64,000 bases of DNA from Camelus dromedarius (GCF_036321535.1 NC_087447.1:39558001-39622000), one strand, 5' to 3'; positions 1 through 14,992 are shown, numbered from the stretch's first letter. Notes: generated by a model not told the origin, from the sequence alone. A program made the numbers and translations.

Positions 1-210
1 GTACCAGAACTTCACAGCTACAATGATAGTATGAACACATGAAAAAATGACTTTACTCAAACAGGATTTAGAAAAGTCAGGGTGACCTCAGGGCCAGGGC
101 AGCACCCCTGTGTGGTGAGGTTTACAGTCAGTCGTTCGAACATGGAGAGAGTGTGTGCGCGCACGTGTGTGTGTGTATATACAGATATCTATATATATAA
201 ATAACCACGG
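1..210 (-). other. TEAD1: Proximal TEAD1 3'UTR (continues beyond window start)
   Basis: Directly follows the stop codon; contains (TA)n/(CA)n tracts at about 150-200; no AATAAA on the minus strand in this stretch. Confidence 0.9.
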
Positions 211-327
<117 letters not shown>

Positions 328-1269
328 TTAAAAAAAAAACAAAAAAAATATATACATATGTACATCCGGATCAAACACCACATGAAAGAAAACATATTCC
401 ATCTGTGCCATGAGGACTATGATGTACTTGGAGAGGAATACAAAGTCTCACGTCCAGAAAGTGGATTATCAGAGACCTGTCCAGCCTCACTCTGCCCCTC
501 AAGCACAAACTCAGGATATTACAGGCCCCACTTAAATCCTACCTAGGCCTAGTTCCCAGATGTAAGAAAGACCTTACAGATGGGGTCTCACTCATAATCT
601 GAGCCCAAGAAGACATCACAAGAATTAGTGTGGGGTTTTTTTGGGGGGGATGCATGGAATTTCTGTACAACATAGAATTTTCTATAACTCTGTCCCATGT
701 GACAGTCATTTATCCTAGGAACCGTCTCCTGCCTTATTCCTAAAACTTTACTAAATTTTGCTTCTTAACAGCCAATGGGAGACACAAGCTCCCTGAGTGT
801 CTTGCTCACCAGCTGTATTTAACAACAGTGCCTAGGCTCAGCGAAGCATATGCTGAGTAAAAGAACAACCATGATCTTCTAGAATTATGCCAAACAATAC
901 CTCTTTTCAGTTTCATAGGCTTTACCTTTCAAAATGTATCGTGAGATACTCATCTGCCTCCCCCCTGTAGTCCAGTCGCTTGAATCCATCCCTCTCCTCC
1001 TCACGCCCGCCCATTTAGCCTCCCTTACCCCTCAGGCATCCACATTTACGGTGCCTGACTAGGGGATAAAGTCTCAGAGTACCTGTAGTTGTAGTTTCCC
1101 ATCCCAGCAGACTGCACTGTCTGCAAGTACCTGTAGATTGGTGTGAATCTCTCTCTTTTTTTTTTTTAATGCCCATCTTGTCCAGTGGACTGTAAGTTCC
1201 TGAAGAACAGGGACCACGCTTCCCAGCAACTAGCTTAGTGGTTGGCATACAACTGTCATTTAATCAGTA

Positions 1270-1497
1270 CAGTCCTCCCTCGGTAACCACGGGGACTGGT
1301 CCTAGGACCCACCGCAGATACCAAAATCCAAAGATGCTCAAGTCCCATTGTGGCCACCCACCCTATTCTGCCTGCAGTTCTGCACCTGCGGATTCAACCA
1401 ACCGCAGACTGTGTAGGACTGTAGCATTTACTATTGGAAAAACTCTGCATAAAAGTGGACCATGCAGTTAAAACCTGTGTTGTTCAACGGTCCACTG
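1270..1497 (+). mobile_element. MER8/MER2-like TcMar-Tigger non-autonomous DNA transposon
   Basis: Starts CAGTCCTCCCTCGGTAACC...GATACCAAAATCC...GATGCTCAAGTCCC and ends GTTGTTCAACGGTCCACTG. Flanked by TA on both sides (1268-69, 1498-99). Confidence 0.85.
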
Positions 1498-1524
1498 TAT
1501 TTGCTGAATGAACATAAATTCACA

Positions 1525-1725
1525 GAGTAATAGCCACCATCTATTCACTGTTTACTATGCATCTACTTGGTATTAAATGCTTTACAGAAAGTATCTCATA
1601 TAATACAACAACTCTAGGGGCAGGTGCTATATCACTCCCCTTTTGACAGGGGAGGAAGCTGGGGGTTAATTTGTTTAAGGTTATACTAATGACAAGGAAA
1701 AACTCCCTTTTTTACCTGAATCCAA
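1525..1725 (-). mobile_element. MIR SINE
   Basis: tttactatg...aaatgctttaca...atctcat...acaactcta...cccttttgacaggggaggaagctg resembles the reverse MIR core. Confidence 0.7.
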
Positions 1726-1899
1726 AGACCCTTTGACAAATGAATTGATACAGTGATGGATTATCTATTTCCCCCCCCTGGGTAATATTTTTTTCAGTAC
1801 TGGTACCCACCTGCTTTTCTAGTCTCACTCCCTGCCACTTCCCTCCCAGATCCAATACTCCAAGTATCCAAGCTTTCCATCCTTGAAATCTCTCTCTCC

Positions 1900-2610
1900 C
1901 TCAATGCCATATCAAAAAAAAATGCCATGTCTTGATGCCTTTCCCTCCTGAATAGTTCCTGAATCCATCTACCTTCCCACCACCACAGCCCAAGTTACCA
2001 GCAAACCTGACCTGGATCCTCCACTAGCAGCGACCCTTGCTGGACACCAGTTCCAGCTGTATGCAGCAGCCACAGGAACCTTGTAAGAAATATAAGTCTG
2101 ACAACACACTCTTAAAAATTGCTTAAAAACCGAATAGCCTCTTTTAAATTTATAAATCTTTAGGATGAAGAGAAAACCTGTTCTCATCCTACAAGGCGGA
2201 GGAGACTGTGCCCAGTCTGGCTGTTCCTACCTGGCCAGCTCACTGCTCTGGGCCCTCCTCTTTCTTCCCACACTGGCCACAGTCCCTACCTGCCCGCATT
2301 CCCACCTACATGCAGTATTCTTCGCTATCTCTCTGCCTGTTCATCTGGCAGATACCTCTCAATTGTTTCGTCCTCAGGGAAGCCTTCCCTGACCTCCTGA
2401 ACTAGGTCACATCCTCCTATTCACACTCTGTTGGCACCATGTTCCCACTTCCACCAGCCAGCGGCCAGAGTTGAGTTACATTCATTTTGTGATCACCTGT
2501 ACTTGCTGAATGCCCACCTCCCTCACGACTCCAGGACGCCAGCTCCGCCTGTCTAGTTCACTGCAGCCTTGCACCTGACACCTAAGTATGCACCCAACGA
2601 ATGGTCCTCT
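1900..2610 (+). mobile_element. L2 LINE remnant (3' region)
   Basis: Pyrimidine-rich degenerate L2-like motifs (cctcagggaagccttccctgacc; gttcactgcagcc...cacctgacacctaag). Boundaries approximate. Confidence 0.6.
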
Positions 2611-4182
2611 TCTTGGCAAATCTGAAAAATACCTGCTTATCTGTCAAGGTACCTTAAACATCATCTTTTAACATCCCTGAGAATTCCCCACCTTACTTCA
2701 ACTACCAGGGCTTGCTCAGGTGGCTCATTGACTCTGTGCTCCATGAGGTCTGTCTCACAGGTACTGCAGCCATCATGACCCTGCATTGTCATTGTTTATT
2801 TACCTGCCTTGTCCCCCCCGCCAGGCCCAGATTTCCTGTAGGACAGGCACTGTGTTTTATTTGCACTGTATTCCAGCAGCTAATACAATCTCTCCATAGT
2901 TCAGCTGAAAGAATGAAAGCATTCTCAATAATCTTTGAGATGCAGAGGGCAGACCTGGGTATTTCATTTGTAGATGGAGGGAACTGAGGTCTGGAGACTT
3001 TAAATGACTTATCCAACATCATAAAGCAGAGCCGGGTCCTAAACCCAAGTCTTCTCATCCTATGACCATGAAATATCCTGCAAAGTGTCTTTTCCATCAA
3101 TTCAAATCTTAAGTTATGTCTATCACTGGCTCTGTGACCTCAGGGAGGCCTAAAATTCCTTATCCATAAAATGGGAGGGAAAATGACCTCACAGTTCCGC
3201 AGTGAGAATTTCATATTATATCTACAAAAGGTTCAACACTGTGCCTGGAACCTCTAAGAGAATTCTCACTTTTTTGCAAACTTTCTATAAAAGAATGTAT
3301 TCTATTTAGGCTTCATGCTTGATATGCAAAAGGAGGAAAAAAAATCTCTAGCAACCTGTCTACCTGAATATGAATCAAAAGGTGATCAGAATCCTTGGCC
3401 CACAGTGCAGGTACTGTCTTCCTTAGTTTGATTGCCACGATTAAGGCCCCAAACCTACAAAGCCACCTCAATTCCTGAATCATCCTGATGAAACCAGGGT
3501 CTAGCCCGCCAGCCAGTAAGGCCTGGAGCCGCTCATGGTGACGCGAGTTTTGTATCCAGCGCACCTGGTAAAGCACCTACAACTATGTCCAGCAGCTATC
3601 ATCCTGCTCAGGTTCATGGACCCCACCCCTGAGGAAGTGCTGAAAATACTATTTCTACTGTTTATCAGTGAAATGACTTCATTTTTATTATCCAGGATTG
3701 CTGGCTTAATTTCAGTTTTCCTACAAAAAAAAAAATTATTTCTTGCAGGTATTTATTGAGAGCTACTAATTCTTCAAATCAAAGGAATTTATATAGTTGC
3801 TTAATGATACGTTTTAAAATCAATTTAACCTGGTAAGTTCTTTGGATGGAAGTCACATGCTCCAAGCGAGCATATTAGTCAATGTAGTTACATGGGTTTT
3901 GTGGGAGACAGACACCTAAAATTTTCCCAGGTCATATTCCCCTTGGTTGTGCTGCGATGTAGGGTTTTAGGGTTTGAGGACATCTTCCTTAATATGCTGA
4001 AACAGACTCACTGGTTTTTAAGAAACAGCTAAGACTTTCTTTGAGACTATGTATCTTTTATGCTTCTGTTTTATATCTAGTCTTAGCTTGCTTATTAATG
4101 GTAACTTTTTATGTTTTCCTTTGTTTAAAAAATATTTTATTTATTTTTATTATTGTATTATTTTAGTATTTTTTAGCAGTTG

Positions 4183-4291
4183 GGGGGGGGGTAATTAGGT
4201 TTATTTATTTTTTAACAGAGGTAGTGGGGATTGAACCCAGGACCTCATGCATGCTAAGATGCGCTCTACCACTTGAGCTATACCCTCCCCC
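4183..4291 (-). mobile_element. tRNA-derived SINE (camelid vic-1-like)
   Basis: Minus: ggggagggtaTAGCTCAAGTGGtagagcg...cctgGGTTCAATCCccactacctc followed by aaaaaataaataaacctaattacccc. A and B boxes plus tail. Confidence 0.85.
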
Positions 4292-4524
4292 TTGCCCATT
4301 ACGTTTTGACCAGACTTTTCAGCCCATGGATATTCTCTCCCCACTCCTAGTTATGCTATTGTATTCTGGTTTCTATTTCTCCTGGTCCTGGAAGTTTACA
4401 TTTTGCTATATTAATGTATGTAACTTATAATAAGGCCTTGTAAATCCTTCATGAAATGAGTCAAGGTATGGTTCAAGAACAAACCTGCTGACTCAGTTTG
4501 TGCCTCACGTGAGATTTGTGTACC

Positions 4525-5144
<620 letters not shown>

Positions 5145-5639
5145 TTATACTTTGGACTTCAAAACACACAAAAAAGAGATTATTGCCTGTAAAAGTGTAT
5201 TACTTTTTCAACACGAATCACCTGCTGTAAGCTGCACAACTTTTGTGGTTTACTTAACTATAAAAAATCCTATCTCCAAACTTAACACCATACTCAGAAT
5301 CCATTATTTTTCTGGAAATTTTTTAGAAAGTTGAAAAGATGACAGCTTTAAAGAAGAGATGTATAGGTGTTTTTTAGCAAAAGTCAGAAAAAAATCTAAC
5401 TGCCTACTTAATGATTCTCTACCCAAAGATCTGTGAGAGCAAGCCCAGCCAGTCACAATTCTTCAAAGAGCCCCCCCAAAAAACCAACTGTACTGTGATA
5501 AGGCCTCACAGGCCAACAACAAATGCACCTAATTTCCCTGCTTCACACTGATCATGAGCCCCTGACTATTGGTTATTTTATGTCTTAATAAAAATATATA
5601 TATATATATATATACACACATACATGCAGCTTTAAAATC

Positions 5640-7695
5640 CCACTGATGTACTCAGAAATAAGAAAGACACTCTTAGATACTTTGCATCAAAGAAGGAATT
5701 TAAAAAGAAATTAAGAGCCATCTAAAGAGTATTGAAAAAGAAAATATTTACATCAAAACTTATGGGACTCAATGAAGCTATACTTGGAGGAAAGTAGCTT
5801 CATGTCTTCATCATGAAAGATGAAAAATTATAGAACTTATTACATGTCTTAAAAAATTAACAGCCCCCACAAAATAAACCCAAACCACAAAGAAACCGAA
5901 GGAAACCAACAATTGGAAAGTAATAAAAATAAAAGCTCGTATCTATGCAAATGAAATTTAAAATGTAGACAGAATATAAAAACTAGTTCTTTAAAAAGAG
6001 AAAATAAAATAAATAAACCCTTCTTAAGCTTAAGAAAAAGAAGAAAGAAAAGAGACAAAACCACAATTACATATGGATTAGGTTACTCCATGTAACTCTA
6101 TGGCAATCAATCAGTCAATCAACCAACCAACCAACTAATCAACCAATAAACACAAAGAAAAACCCATAGTATCGCATGACTTCCCAGCAAGACACAAATT
6201 GCTAATTCTGAATTGAAAACAAGTAGAAAATTCCAATAGGTCAATTGCTGTGGAAATGACTAAAAATTGTTTAGAAATCTGCCACTGACAAAGGTCCAAG
6301 AACCAAACGGTTTCACAGTTAAACTTCATGTAACCTTTAAAGAGCAGTTATTTTCAATGTTACTCAAACTATGCTATACCACAGAAAAAGTTGGTATTCT
6401 AACTATTCTACACTCAATACTGAAATTTGATTAAAAAAAGATTATACGAGTATAAACTAATATCACTTATAAGATGCAAATATTTTATGTAGAATAGCAA
6501 ACAAAGCATCAAAGTACCCTGAACAGGACTTTCTTCATGAGTGCTGTGGGGGTTCACACACAGGACAAGTGTTAACTCATGATGTCAACAAACTGGAGAA
6601 AAATCACATAGTAAGAGTTGCTAAAAAGGATTTTGACAAAATATTGCAGCTAATACTAATAAAAACTTTAAGTAAAATAGGAATAGAAAGAAAGCACTTA
6701 AATATAAAACAAAGACCATTTATAAAAATCAATAATAAATTTAATCCCAAATGTCAAAACACCTAAAATCTTTCTACCATCATCAGTAACTATACAAGGA
6801 TACTCACCATCACTATTTCTTTTATTTCTTTTTACAACTGTGTTGGAAGTTTTAGCGAATGAAAAGAAGGTGAGAAAAATAATAATGAAAGTGGCATAAA
6901 CATTGGAAAAGAAGAGATAAAGTCTTTCCTTTTTGCTGCTGCTAAGATTATATACAGAGGAAACCCAAGAATCTAGGGGGAAAAAAACCACTAGAGATCA
7001 GTAAGAGAATAGGGAAAGATGGCCAGAAGGAACATACATATGCAAAAACCAGGAGCTTTCCTCTACTGTAGTAATTAAAATCTAGAAACTGGAAACTGTA
7101 TTAACAAATTATACAATATTTAGGGATATATTTAACAAGAAAGGGATAAACCTGTATGAAAACTGTAAAATGTTATTAAAATAGATAAAATGAGATGGAA
7201 ATGGAAATAGATTCTTGATTGGAAAGATTTAGGATCAATGATGTATCAATGTATCCCAAAATATCTAAATCTAATACAATTACAATTAGATTGCTCAAAC
7301 AAGATTTTTGTTTTTCTTTACATTTCAAAAATGATCTCATAATTTGGAAGAGTAAGTGCTGGTGTCTCACCCAGAAAACACATGCAAAAGAAGAGAAGTG
7401 AACCGACTTGCCCCAGCAGATGCCAGAGCATGCTACAAAGCTGCTGTAACCACATTAACACGATCTTGGGGCAGGTAGAGGTAAAGAGAGGGTGGAACAG
7501 AACTGACTCCAGGAACAGTTCCCAGGGTCTGCAGTAACTTAAAGGGGCCAGATCCATTCAGTTGGAAAAAGATGAATCATTTAATAAATGGCTTTGACAT
7601 AAATGCCCATCTATTTGGAAGAAACTATAAGCAGACTCCCATTTCATACCAAATATGGAAATACACTCCAAGTGGATTAAAGGCTTAATGATAAA
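5640..7695 (+). mobile_element. Ancient L1 ORF2 remnant (L1M-type), antisense to TEAD1
   Basis: A-rich. ORF 6569..6766 KNHIVRVAKKDFDKILQLILIKTLSKIGIE resembles L1 RT KNHMIISIDAEKAFDKIQHPFMIKTLNKLGIE; the end reads like the SKWIKDLN region. Many stops and frameshifts. Confidence 0.85.
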
Positions 7696-9444
7696 CTCCA
7701 CCTGCCAGTCACAGCACCTTCTGCAGGAAAATTCCTGGGATTCCATCAGTCAAAGGCAACCTTTCCCCATTCCCTGAACTTATACAGAGCTTTGGGTGTG
7801 TTATCTGAGGACACGCGGAAGAGTAACTTGAAACCTGGGAAACTGAGTTACTCGTCCGGTCCATCTTTTCTCACCGGTGCCTGTCCGGGCAGGAAGTCCA
7901 TCTACAGGTACACCCGGACAACTTGGCCATTTGGTACCTATGTCTAGCACCAACCTTCTGTGTCCCCAGCCACCGACAGGTTCCTTTGCTTCCTCCTTCT
8001 CAGCAGGGATGGAGGTCATCTGGCTCCAGGTTTCCCAGCCCTGTCTCATTACACAGCTGCCTTCTCACCCACCCTCTCCTCGGGCCTCTTAGACACTGCG
8101 TGGAGCTGGTTACCCCCTCCCCATCCATGTTTGTCCTCTGCTTCTGTCTGTTTCCCTCCCACTTACCCCAGGGCTGATGGCTGCTCCCCAGACTTACACT
8201 TCATTCCTGTGCTCTTCCCATACCCTCTCTGCAGCTAGCTCTCCCTCCCACAGCTTCATTATCCTTAGCGCTGAGGACTCCCCACTGCTCTTTTCAGCCT
8301 TCACCTGTCTCTCAAGTTCTAGTCTCGCATCTACAAGACCCTTACTACTTCCAGCTGAACCTCTTATTTACGTCTCTCTGCTAGAGGCTGCACTGTCCTT
8401 CGGAGCATAAAACGTGTGGCCTTTGACTCTTCCTCCTCTTTGAACAGCCAGTCAGTTTCAAAGTTCCATTCAAAATCTCATCCTGGATTCCCACTGCCAG
8501 CATTTTAGTAAAGCTCATAACCCGTAAGCTCACCCTGACCATCTAGTCAACTCATTTACGTCCTCTTAGCACTGTTCTCAGGATGCCCACCCTGTGCTCA
8601 GGAAGCTATGAGGGCCTGCGGCATCCCAAACCCTCCTCATTCAGCCCAAAGTCTTAAAAAATAACATCCCCTCGCTCCCTCTCCCGACCCAGTGCATCCT
8701 TTCCCTCAAAGATTTTGTCACGGTCAGGTTGGTCTCTCAGCCCTAAGAGGTGCTGGACATCTGTGAACAAAAACTGCTCACTGAACGTGGATATGCTGGA
8801 TGGTAGGAGACACTGGAAAATATGACTCAATGAAATATCACCTGCAAGCCTTGTTCACACAAAGCAGCCCACCCTGGTAAAACGAACACCCACATTCTGA
8901 AAGGGAGGGAGGCATGAACTATAAAAACCATAACCAGGTGCTTGGTCCCAGTATGTACAGAAACATATTTAAAACAGTTAAGATGAAGGGAGTAGAAATG
9001 GCAAAAGCAACAATACCAAACGAAAGGAGTCCAGGTTCTGGAAGGCAAGTGCCTATGAGTGGAGGCCACCTTGCTTGTTATCAAGGTGTTGGGAGGTGCC
9101 TTTGGATCTGGGGTGGGAAAGGCATCATTTGATGGGAGGCAGGGGCCACCTCTGAGAGCCCCCACATGGGGCCCCCACGAGGCCTCCTGCAGGACTGACA
9201 CGCTGGTGGGGCTGGGCTGATTTCACAGTCAGGGAGGGCTGGCCTGGGATTTCTCCTGGCCTTCTTTCAGTTGCTTTCAAATATTTTGCCTTTTTAGAAA
9301 TAATGGGGGTAGGGGAAATGGGAGAAAGGGTGGCAGGGGGAGGAGAAGACCTCAAAAAAGTAAAACTCTCTGCCCGCGTTTAGGCTTAAAGAAAGGCGAC
9401 AGGTTGCCCTGAATGAAGGTTCCTGTATACAGAGGCCAACTTAC

Positions 9445-9585
9445 CTCTACTTTTTCTACTACTTGCTTCCCAAAGGAGCAAACTTTGGTGGAACAGGTGA
9501 CTGTCATATTTTCCGAACTCTCATACTGACTGGTTACACCATAAAAAGCCCCGGCATCATCTTGAATATTGCAGTTTAAATCGGC
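9445..9585 (-). CDS. TEAD1: TEAD1 coding exon, 141 nt: [47 protein letters not shown]
   Basis: tttcatttccaacag|GCC GAT TTA ... GTA GAG|gtaagt. Hand translation; not in the ORF track. Confidence 0.97.
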
Positions 9586-9749
9586 CTGTTGGAAATGAAA
9601 TGGAGGTGGGTGTTACTCTCTCATCACAGGGGTCATGGCAACAAGCAGTAACCATCAGCATAAGACCTCCATCCTTTGGGCTGGAGGGCAGGGGTGGCTC
9701 CAAGAGGACACTTGGCTAGAAACAAGTTCTATGGACCATCAGTTATTTA

Positions 9750-10105
9750 AAAAAATTTTTTTAACATTTTTTATTGAGTTATAGTAATTTTACAATGTTG
9801 TGTCAAATTCCAGTGTAGAGGACAATTTTTCAGTTATACATGAACATACATATACTCATTGCCACATTTTTTTTCTCTGTGAGCTACCACGAGATCTTGT
9901 ATATATTTCCCTGTGCTATACAGTATAATTTTGTTTATCTATTCTGCATATGCCAGTTACTATCTACAAATTTTGAACTCCCAGTCTATCCTTTCCCACC
10001 CCCCTCCCCCCTTGGCAACCAGAAGTTTATATTCTATGTCTATGAGTTTGTTTCTGTTTTGTATTTATGTTCTTTTTTTTTTTTCTTTTGGTTATTTTTT
10101 TTTTA
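9750..10105 (-). mobile_element. 5'-truncated L1 3' end (relatively young)
   Basis: T-rich start ttttttattgagttatagt..tttacaatgttgtg, then cccaccccctcccccc ttggcaaccagaagttt..ttctatgtctatgagtttgtttctgttttgta, typical of a laurasiatherian L1 3'UTR. Confidence 0.8.
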
Positions 10106-10469
10106 ACAGAGTGCTAATTTGGGCAGCCTTCCCTTGAAATAATGACATGCTACATGTATCTATTTCATTTTACTTTCTTCCATCCAGTATAGAACAATAC
10201 TGTATAGCCTTGTAATAAAAGATTCATGAGGTCTTTGGAATATGTGCAGAAAGCAGTATATGAACTGAATTCACATTCACTAATCTATAGATATATTTAA
10301 AAGAACAGGAGAATCTGTGGCAGACTGGCCATTTGTTATATATGCAAAAACAGAAACTTCATTACAAATTACATCATCCAGAGGGGAAATGGTTCCTACT
10401 AAAGACTGGCTTATAAAGATGCTAAGTAAGTAATACAAATTCCCGCTCACTTACCATATTTTTATGATT

Positions 10470-10960
10470 ACCTACTAAGCGAGGCTCATACTAGAGACTA
10501 TACAGGACTGCAACTCAATATGGGAAATATGTACAGAAAACAGCCCTAATTTAGATAGAAAATTACTACCATGTCAAAGGTACTAAAAACTGGCTCAGAC
10601 AGGTGGAGTGTGCTGGAAGAGAGGGTATGTCCAGAGTGCACACGGCCAGAAACAAGGACTAAAAAAGTCAGGGACAGAGAGACCAAGGGAGAAAGGGTGG
10701 CTGGGGAGGTGGTAGGGTTTGAGTCTTACATCCTAATACCAAGAGACACAGGAGTTTTAAGTACATAGGCTAGGGACAGTGACAGTTTAGCATCAGATTT
10801 GCAATCTCCAAAGGCACCCCAACCAAAGCTTGGAGACTCTAGAAGAGAGTGGGGGAATGCAGAGGTGAGTCAGGAGGCCTGAAAGCAACCCTTATGAGAT
10901 GATACCTGGACTGCTAGGGTGGCAGCAGAGAGAGAGGTAGATCTAACACACAATGAGATT
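10470..10960 (-). mobile_element. L2 remnant
   Basis: Purine-rich degenerate L2 reverse motifs (gagtcttacatcctaa...ggagttttaag...atcagatttgc...tggaga). Boundaries approximate. Confidence 0.5.
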
Positions 10961-13759
10961 ATGTTTGGTGAGGTTTGGCACATGGGACTCGCTCGTTTTA
11001 ATACCTTGACAGGCACCAACCACCATGAAAACCTGAGTCATCCTATATATACATATTTTAATAAGGATCTGCACTTGAATTTCCTTCTTGAATTGAGTAT
11101 CAAGAAAATGTCCATTTCCTTAGGCAAAACTTCAGATTTTCTGGCTTCAAATAAAAAGGACCATATACTTTATATTCCCTTTTCTTATGTGCCAAGAAAT
11201 TCAAAGCAAAATTAAGTATTTGACTATAGTAATTAACTTATCCTAGGTACTTCTAATAGCCACTAACAACCCGTGTCCAGCTCCTGTTCCTGGATTCCAA
11301 TCTGTTTTTACTTGTACTTGTCCAGTTTTATATTATCCATAAACTTAGTAACACTTCCTCAAATTTTGCTTTTTGGAATTATATGGGGCATAAACTGCAA
11401 ATAATTAAAAAAAAATACCCAGGTGTGTTTTCTCACATTCAAAGGTTTGGCATTTGGCTCCATGAAAGAGCAGCTTAGTGGGAATCGATGAAGGTCTCAC
11501 CCTGAGATCTGAGCTATCCAAGGATGAAGAGGGTCTATGTGGGCAACAGCCTCCAGGGGAAAAAGGTCCCAACGTGTCTCCTAGGCATACAGGAGCTCTG
11601 ACACTGGGTTACCATCCAGGCTTCTAGGGCACTTGCCACCTGTCGTGAACAAAGAGTGTGCCTTCGAGAATGGCCGCTGCCTGGTTCCGCTACCAACTGA
11701 GAACACACGGCTCTGAGAAGCAGCTCAGGTGTTTTGCAAGCGTAGGCTGACCAGTGGTGTTCTCCGAGGGATTGATGCTCTTACTGTTATGAAGTAGTTT
11801 GTGCCAACAAGGTTTAGCTTTTTTTTTTTTTAAGTAAAAACATGCATGTGATAAGTAAAGAAAAAAAATCAAACTGTAAGCACAGTGTACATTTTATTTC
11901 TACCCTGAACTTGCCAACCTCCCCAGGTGACCAGTGTTATGTTTCTGTATGTCCTTTTAGTGATATTTAGAACTGAGATATTCAAGCATATGGTGCCTCT
12001 TTTCTGCATAAACTGTAGCATTCTAAACTTGGTTTTAAAAAAAATATATATATATACATATGTGTGTGTGTGTGTACATATATATAACTGTTCCTTAGAA
12101 CTCACATAGTTTTGATATTAAGAATACCAGTTTTTAAAAGAATAGCCCTTTAAAAAACATGACAGCCACATTTTTAGTGGCTGCATACTATTCCATTACA
12201 CAGATGCACCATAATTTAACATGTCCTCTGCTGATGAATATTTAGGATGCTTCCCAGTAACAATGCAATGAGTTATGGGGAGCAAGAAGCTGCACTAGAA
12301 ATTACTTTGACTTTCCTTTTCCTTCAAATTTAAATAAATTCCCAAGCTTTGAAAAAGAGAATTAACAGGCTATAAATACATTGCTAACTAATATTGCAAC
12401 TTAAACTCGTTTGATGTAATCAAACCATTGTGAAGGACTGATGAACAATCCAGAGCAGTCTGCTGTCTGTGGTGTCAGGCGTGGAATGTGGGTAGGAGCA
12501 CGGGGAAACGGGCAAAGGGTGGGGAGTCAACGGGAGAGTGCGTGAAGTTAGGTTATTTTTTAAACACTATCAATGTCAACCTACATCGGTGATTTAACCA
12601 GGAGGGAGGTTTCTGAAGAACTGCACTTCAACGCCCTAGGCACAATGTTTTCTTTCATTTTTTTTAACAGTCTATTTTTCATTTTATTCCCTTCAGTAGC
12701 ATTCTTTTTGACAAGCAAAAGATTTGCAATGTAAACAAACTAGGACTCTTAAAATCTAAAGCAAGCACAGAAATAAATAAACAAAATAATCTATCTATAC
12801 ATACCATTTTTAAATGTTACCCAAGTTTACAATGGCATTCACCATATGATGTTAGCAAAACTGCTGAGAATTTTCACAGCTTTCAGGCCTCTGTGTCTAC
12901 GAGTTTCCATGCTTACGTAATGCTGGTGAAAAGGGCTGTCCTGTAGCAGCAACGAACCTAGTAGACTGACATCTAGAATGGATCATTTTTAAGACCGCCC
13001 CCTTCCCTTTATCTGACAAAATTACTTTCAGTAATAATCAGCACTCTGTTTCACTGTTCTAAATTTTAAATACAAAACCTCCAAAAGTTTTGAAGAGAGC
13101 ACGACAGAAATGAAGTAACTGTAGTTCTGCTTTGCCTCCTTCATAATCACTGCGCTAATTTCCAAATCTGCTGTTTAACCCTAGAGACAGCAGCACTGTG
13201 GGGACTGCAGCTCCAATGATTCGAAACTGTCAGAACTTACACTAGAAATCAGCACAAGGCTGAGTCTTCAGTAACATGTGTTATTAAAGAGTAAGTAATG
13301 GATAAGTAATGTCAGTGTGCTAGTTTGAAGTACACACATGTATATGTATATATGAAATAAAAAACCAACACTAATTTCACCAATTGTTTAAGTCTTAAGC
13401 CAATAAAGAACTTTTTTCTTTTTGAGGAATGTTTTACCAATAGCATTGTTTAGAACTGTGGGCACAGGGTGATAATAAAAATGACAACTATTTTTAGATG
13501 GCTTTTCCATCTAAGCTTCTCTACAATGAACCTCCTTAATGCCTGCACCTGGGGCAGACCTGTCCCACCCTCTCACCTTTGGTACACCACTGTCCCTTGG
13601 AATTTCCAAAATAATTTAATTAGTTTTAATTGGGAATGGATGACCTGTAGGTATAATGACAGGAAGCAGCAAGAGTGAAGGTATTCAAGAATACACATCA
13701 TGACAACCTGCTGTCAGAAACGATCACAACAAAGTATGAGTTTTAAAGCTGTCAGAGCT

Positions 13760-14315
13760 AACTTTTTTACATAAAACTAAAGTAGAACATATGTTCAGAG
13801 GAGTGTACAAATCACACGTTTACAGTTTGATTAATTTTCATAAAGTGAACACACCCATGTAACCGGCACCCAGAGGAAGAGACAGAAGCCCTCTCACGCA
13901 TGCTCCCTTCCAGGACAATCGCATCTCCCATCTCACACGAGTAACCTTGATCCTACAACACTACATTCGTCTTGTCTGGTTTTTTGAGTGTTGCAGAAGT
14001 AGAGTCATACACTGTTGATTCCTCTGTGTTTAGCTGCATTTGTGCAGCAGGTAGTGTGAGTCATCCACATTGTGGTGTGCAGGTCATTCATCCTTGTTAC
14101 TGCAGGGTACTCCCCTGAATGAAAAACACCACCATCTACCCCTTCTACTGATGGACATTTACAATGTTTCCAAATTATGAAGAGCGCTGTTATGAAGAGT
14201 GGCTACTCTGAACGTTCCTGGATATGCTTTTAATGAACACACGTATGCACTCCTGTTAGGTGTTCCTAAAAGTAGAATTGCTGGTCATTAGATCTACGTG
14301 CATTTTCAGCTTTCA
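13760..14315 (-). mobile_element. Old L1 3' end (L1ME-like)
   Basis: gtgtacaaatcac...cagtttgattaattttcataaagtgaacacacccatgtaacc...tgatggacattt...aaaagtagaattgctggtcat. Confidence 0.8.
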
Positions 14316-14992
14316 TTTAGATAAGAGAAACACATGGTTTCTAAATTATTTTGCTTTTTAAAAAAATTTGAGAAAACATTATATTTAATTAGTATATTTA
14401 ATAGGTCACATTTTTAAAAGGCTTCTCAACTAATGGTAAATAAGCAATCAGTTATTACAATTGCTTTGCAATTACTTTTGAACATGGAAAATAATTACGC
14501 AGCCATCCAACCGTATCACAGCTGTTCTCTGGGAATTTTCTAGGAGGAGGTATTGATGTGAAAGATAATTATCTGTCAGCTGATGATACTATGATTATCC
14601 CAGAAAGAAATGTGGTCACTTAATTCCCGTGAAGCAAAGGTAGTATCAAAGAAAGAACGCTAGCATTAAATCAACAACAGAGGAGGCAAACTCTGTAATG
14701 GGTCTGGGGTTCGTGCTGAGTTCATTACCCATCCTCTTGACACATTTTTCCCCACAGGAAACTCAGGGCAAACCTATTTCATATAGTTCTCGAGGCAAGA
14801 AAATGAGAAAAAAAAATGTGCTGGTATCAGACGTACAAACTATTTTTTCTAATCAGCTCTTTTCTGATCACAGGATATTTTCTAAAAGCAAATAAACATA
14901 AAAACCCAAGAAACAACTAAAACCCAGTGAACTTATCTTCCCAACAAATTCCAAATTCCAACTATATCCTATCCTTTGGGGGACAAGCCAGC

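Noticed and set aside
5640..7695. Reverse-transcriptase-like peptides as a novel RT system
   Set aside because: Fragmented, frameshifted ancient L1 ORF2; no intact reading frame.
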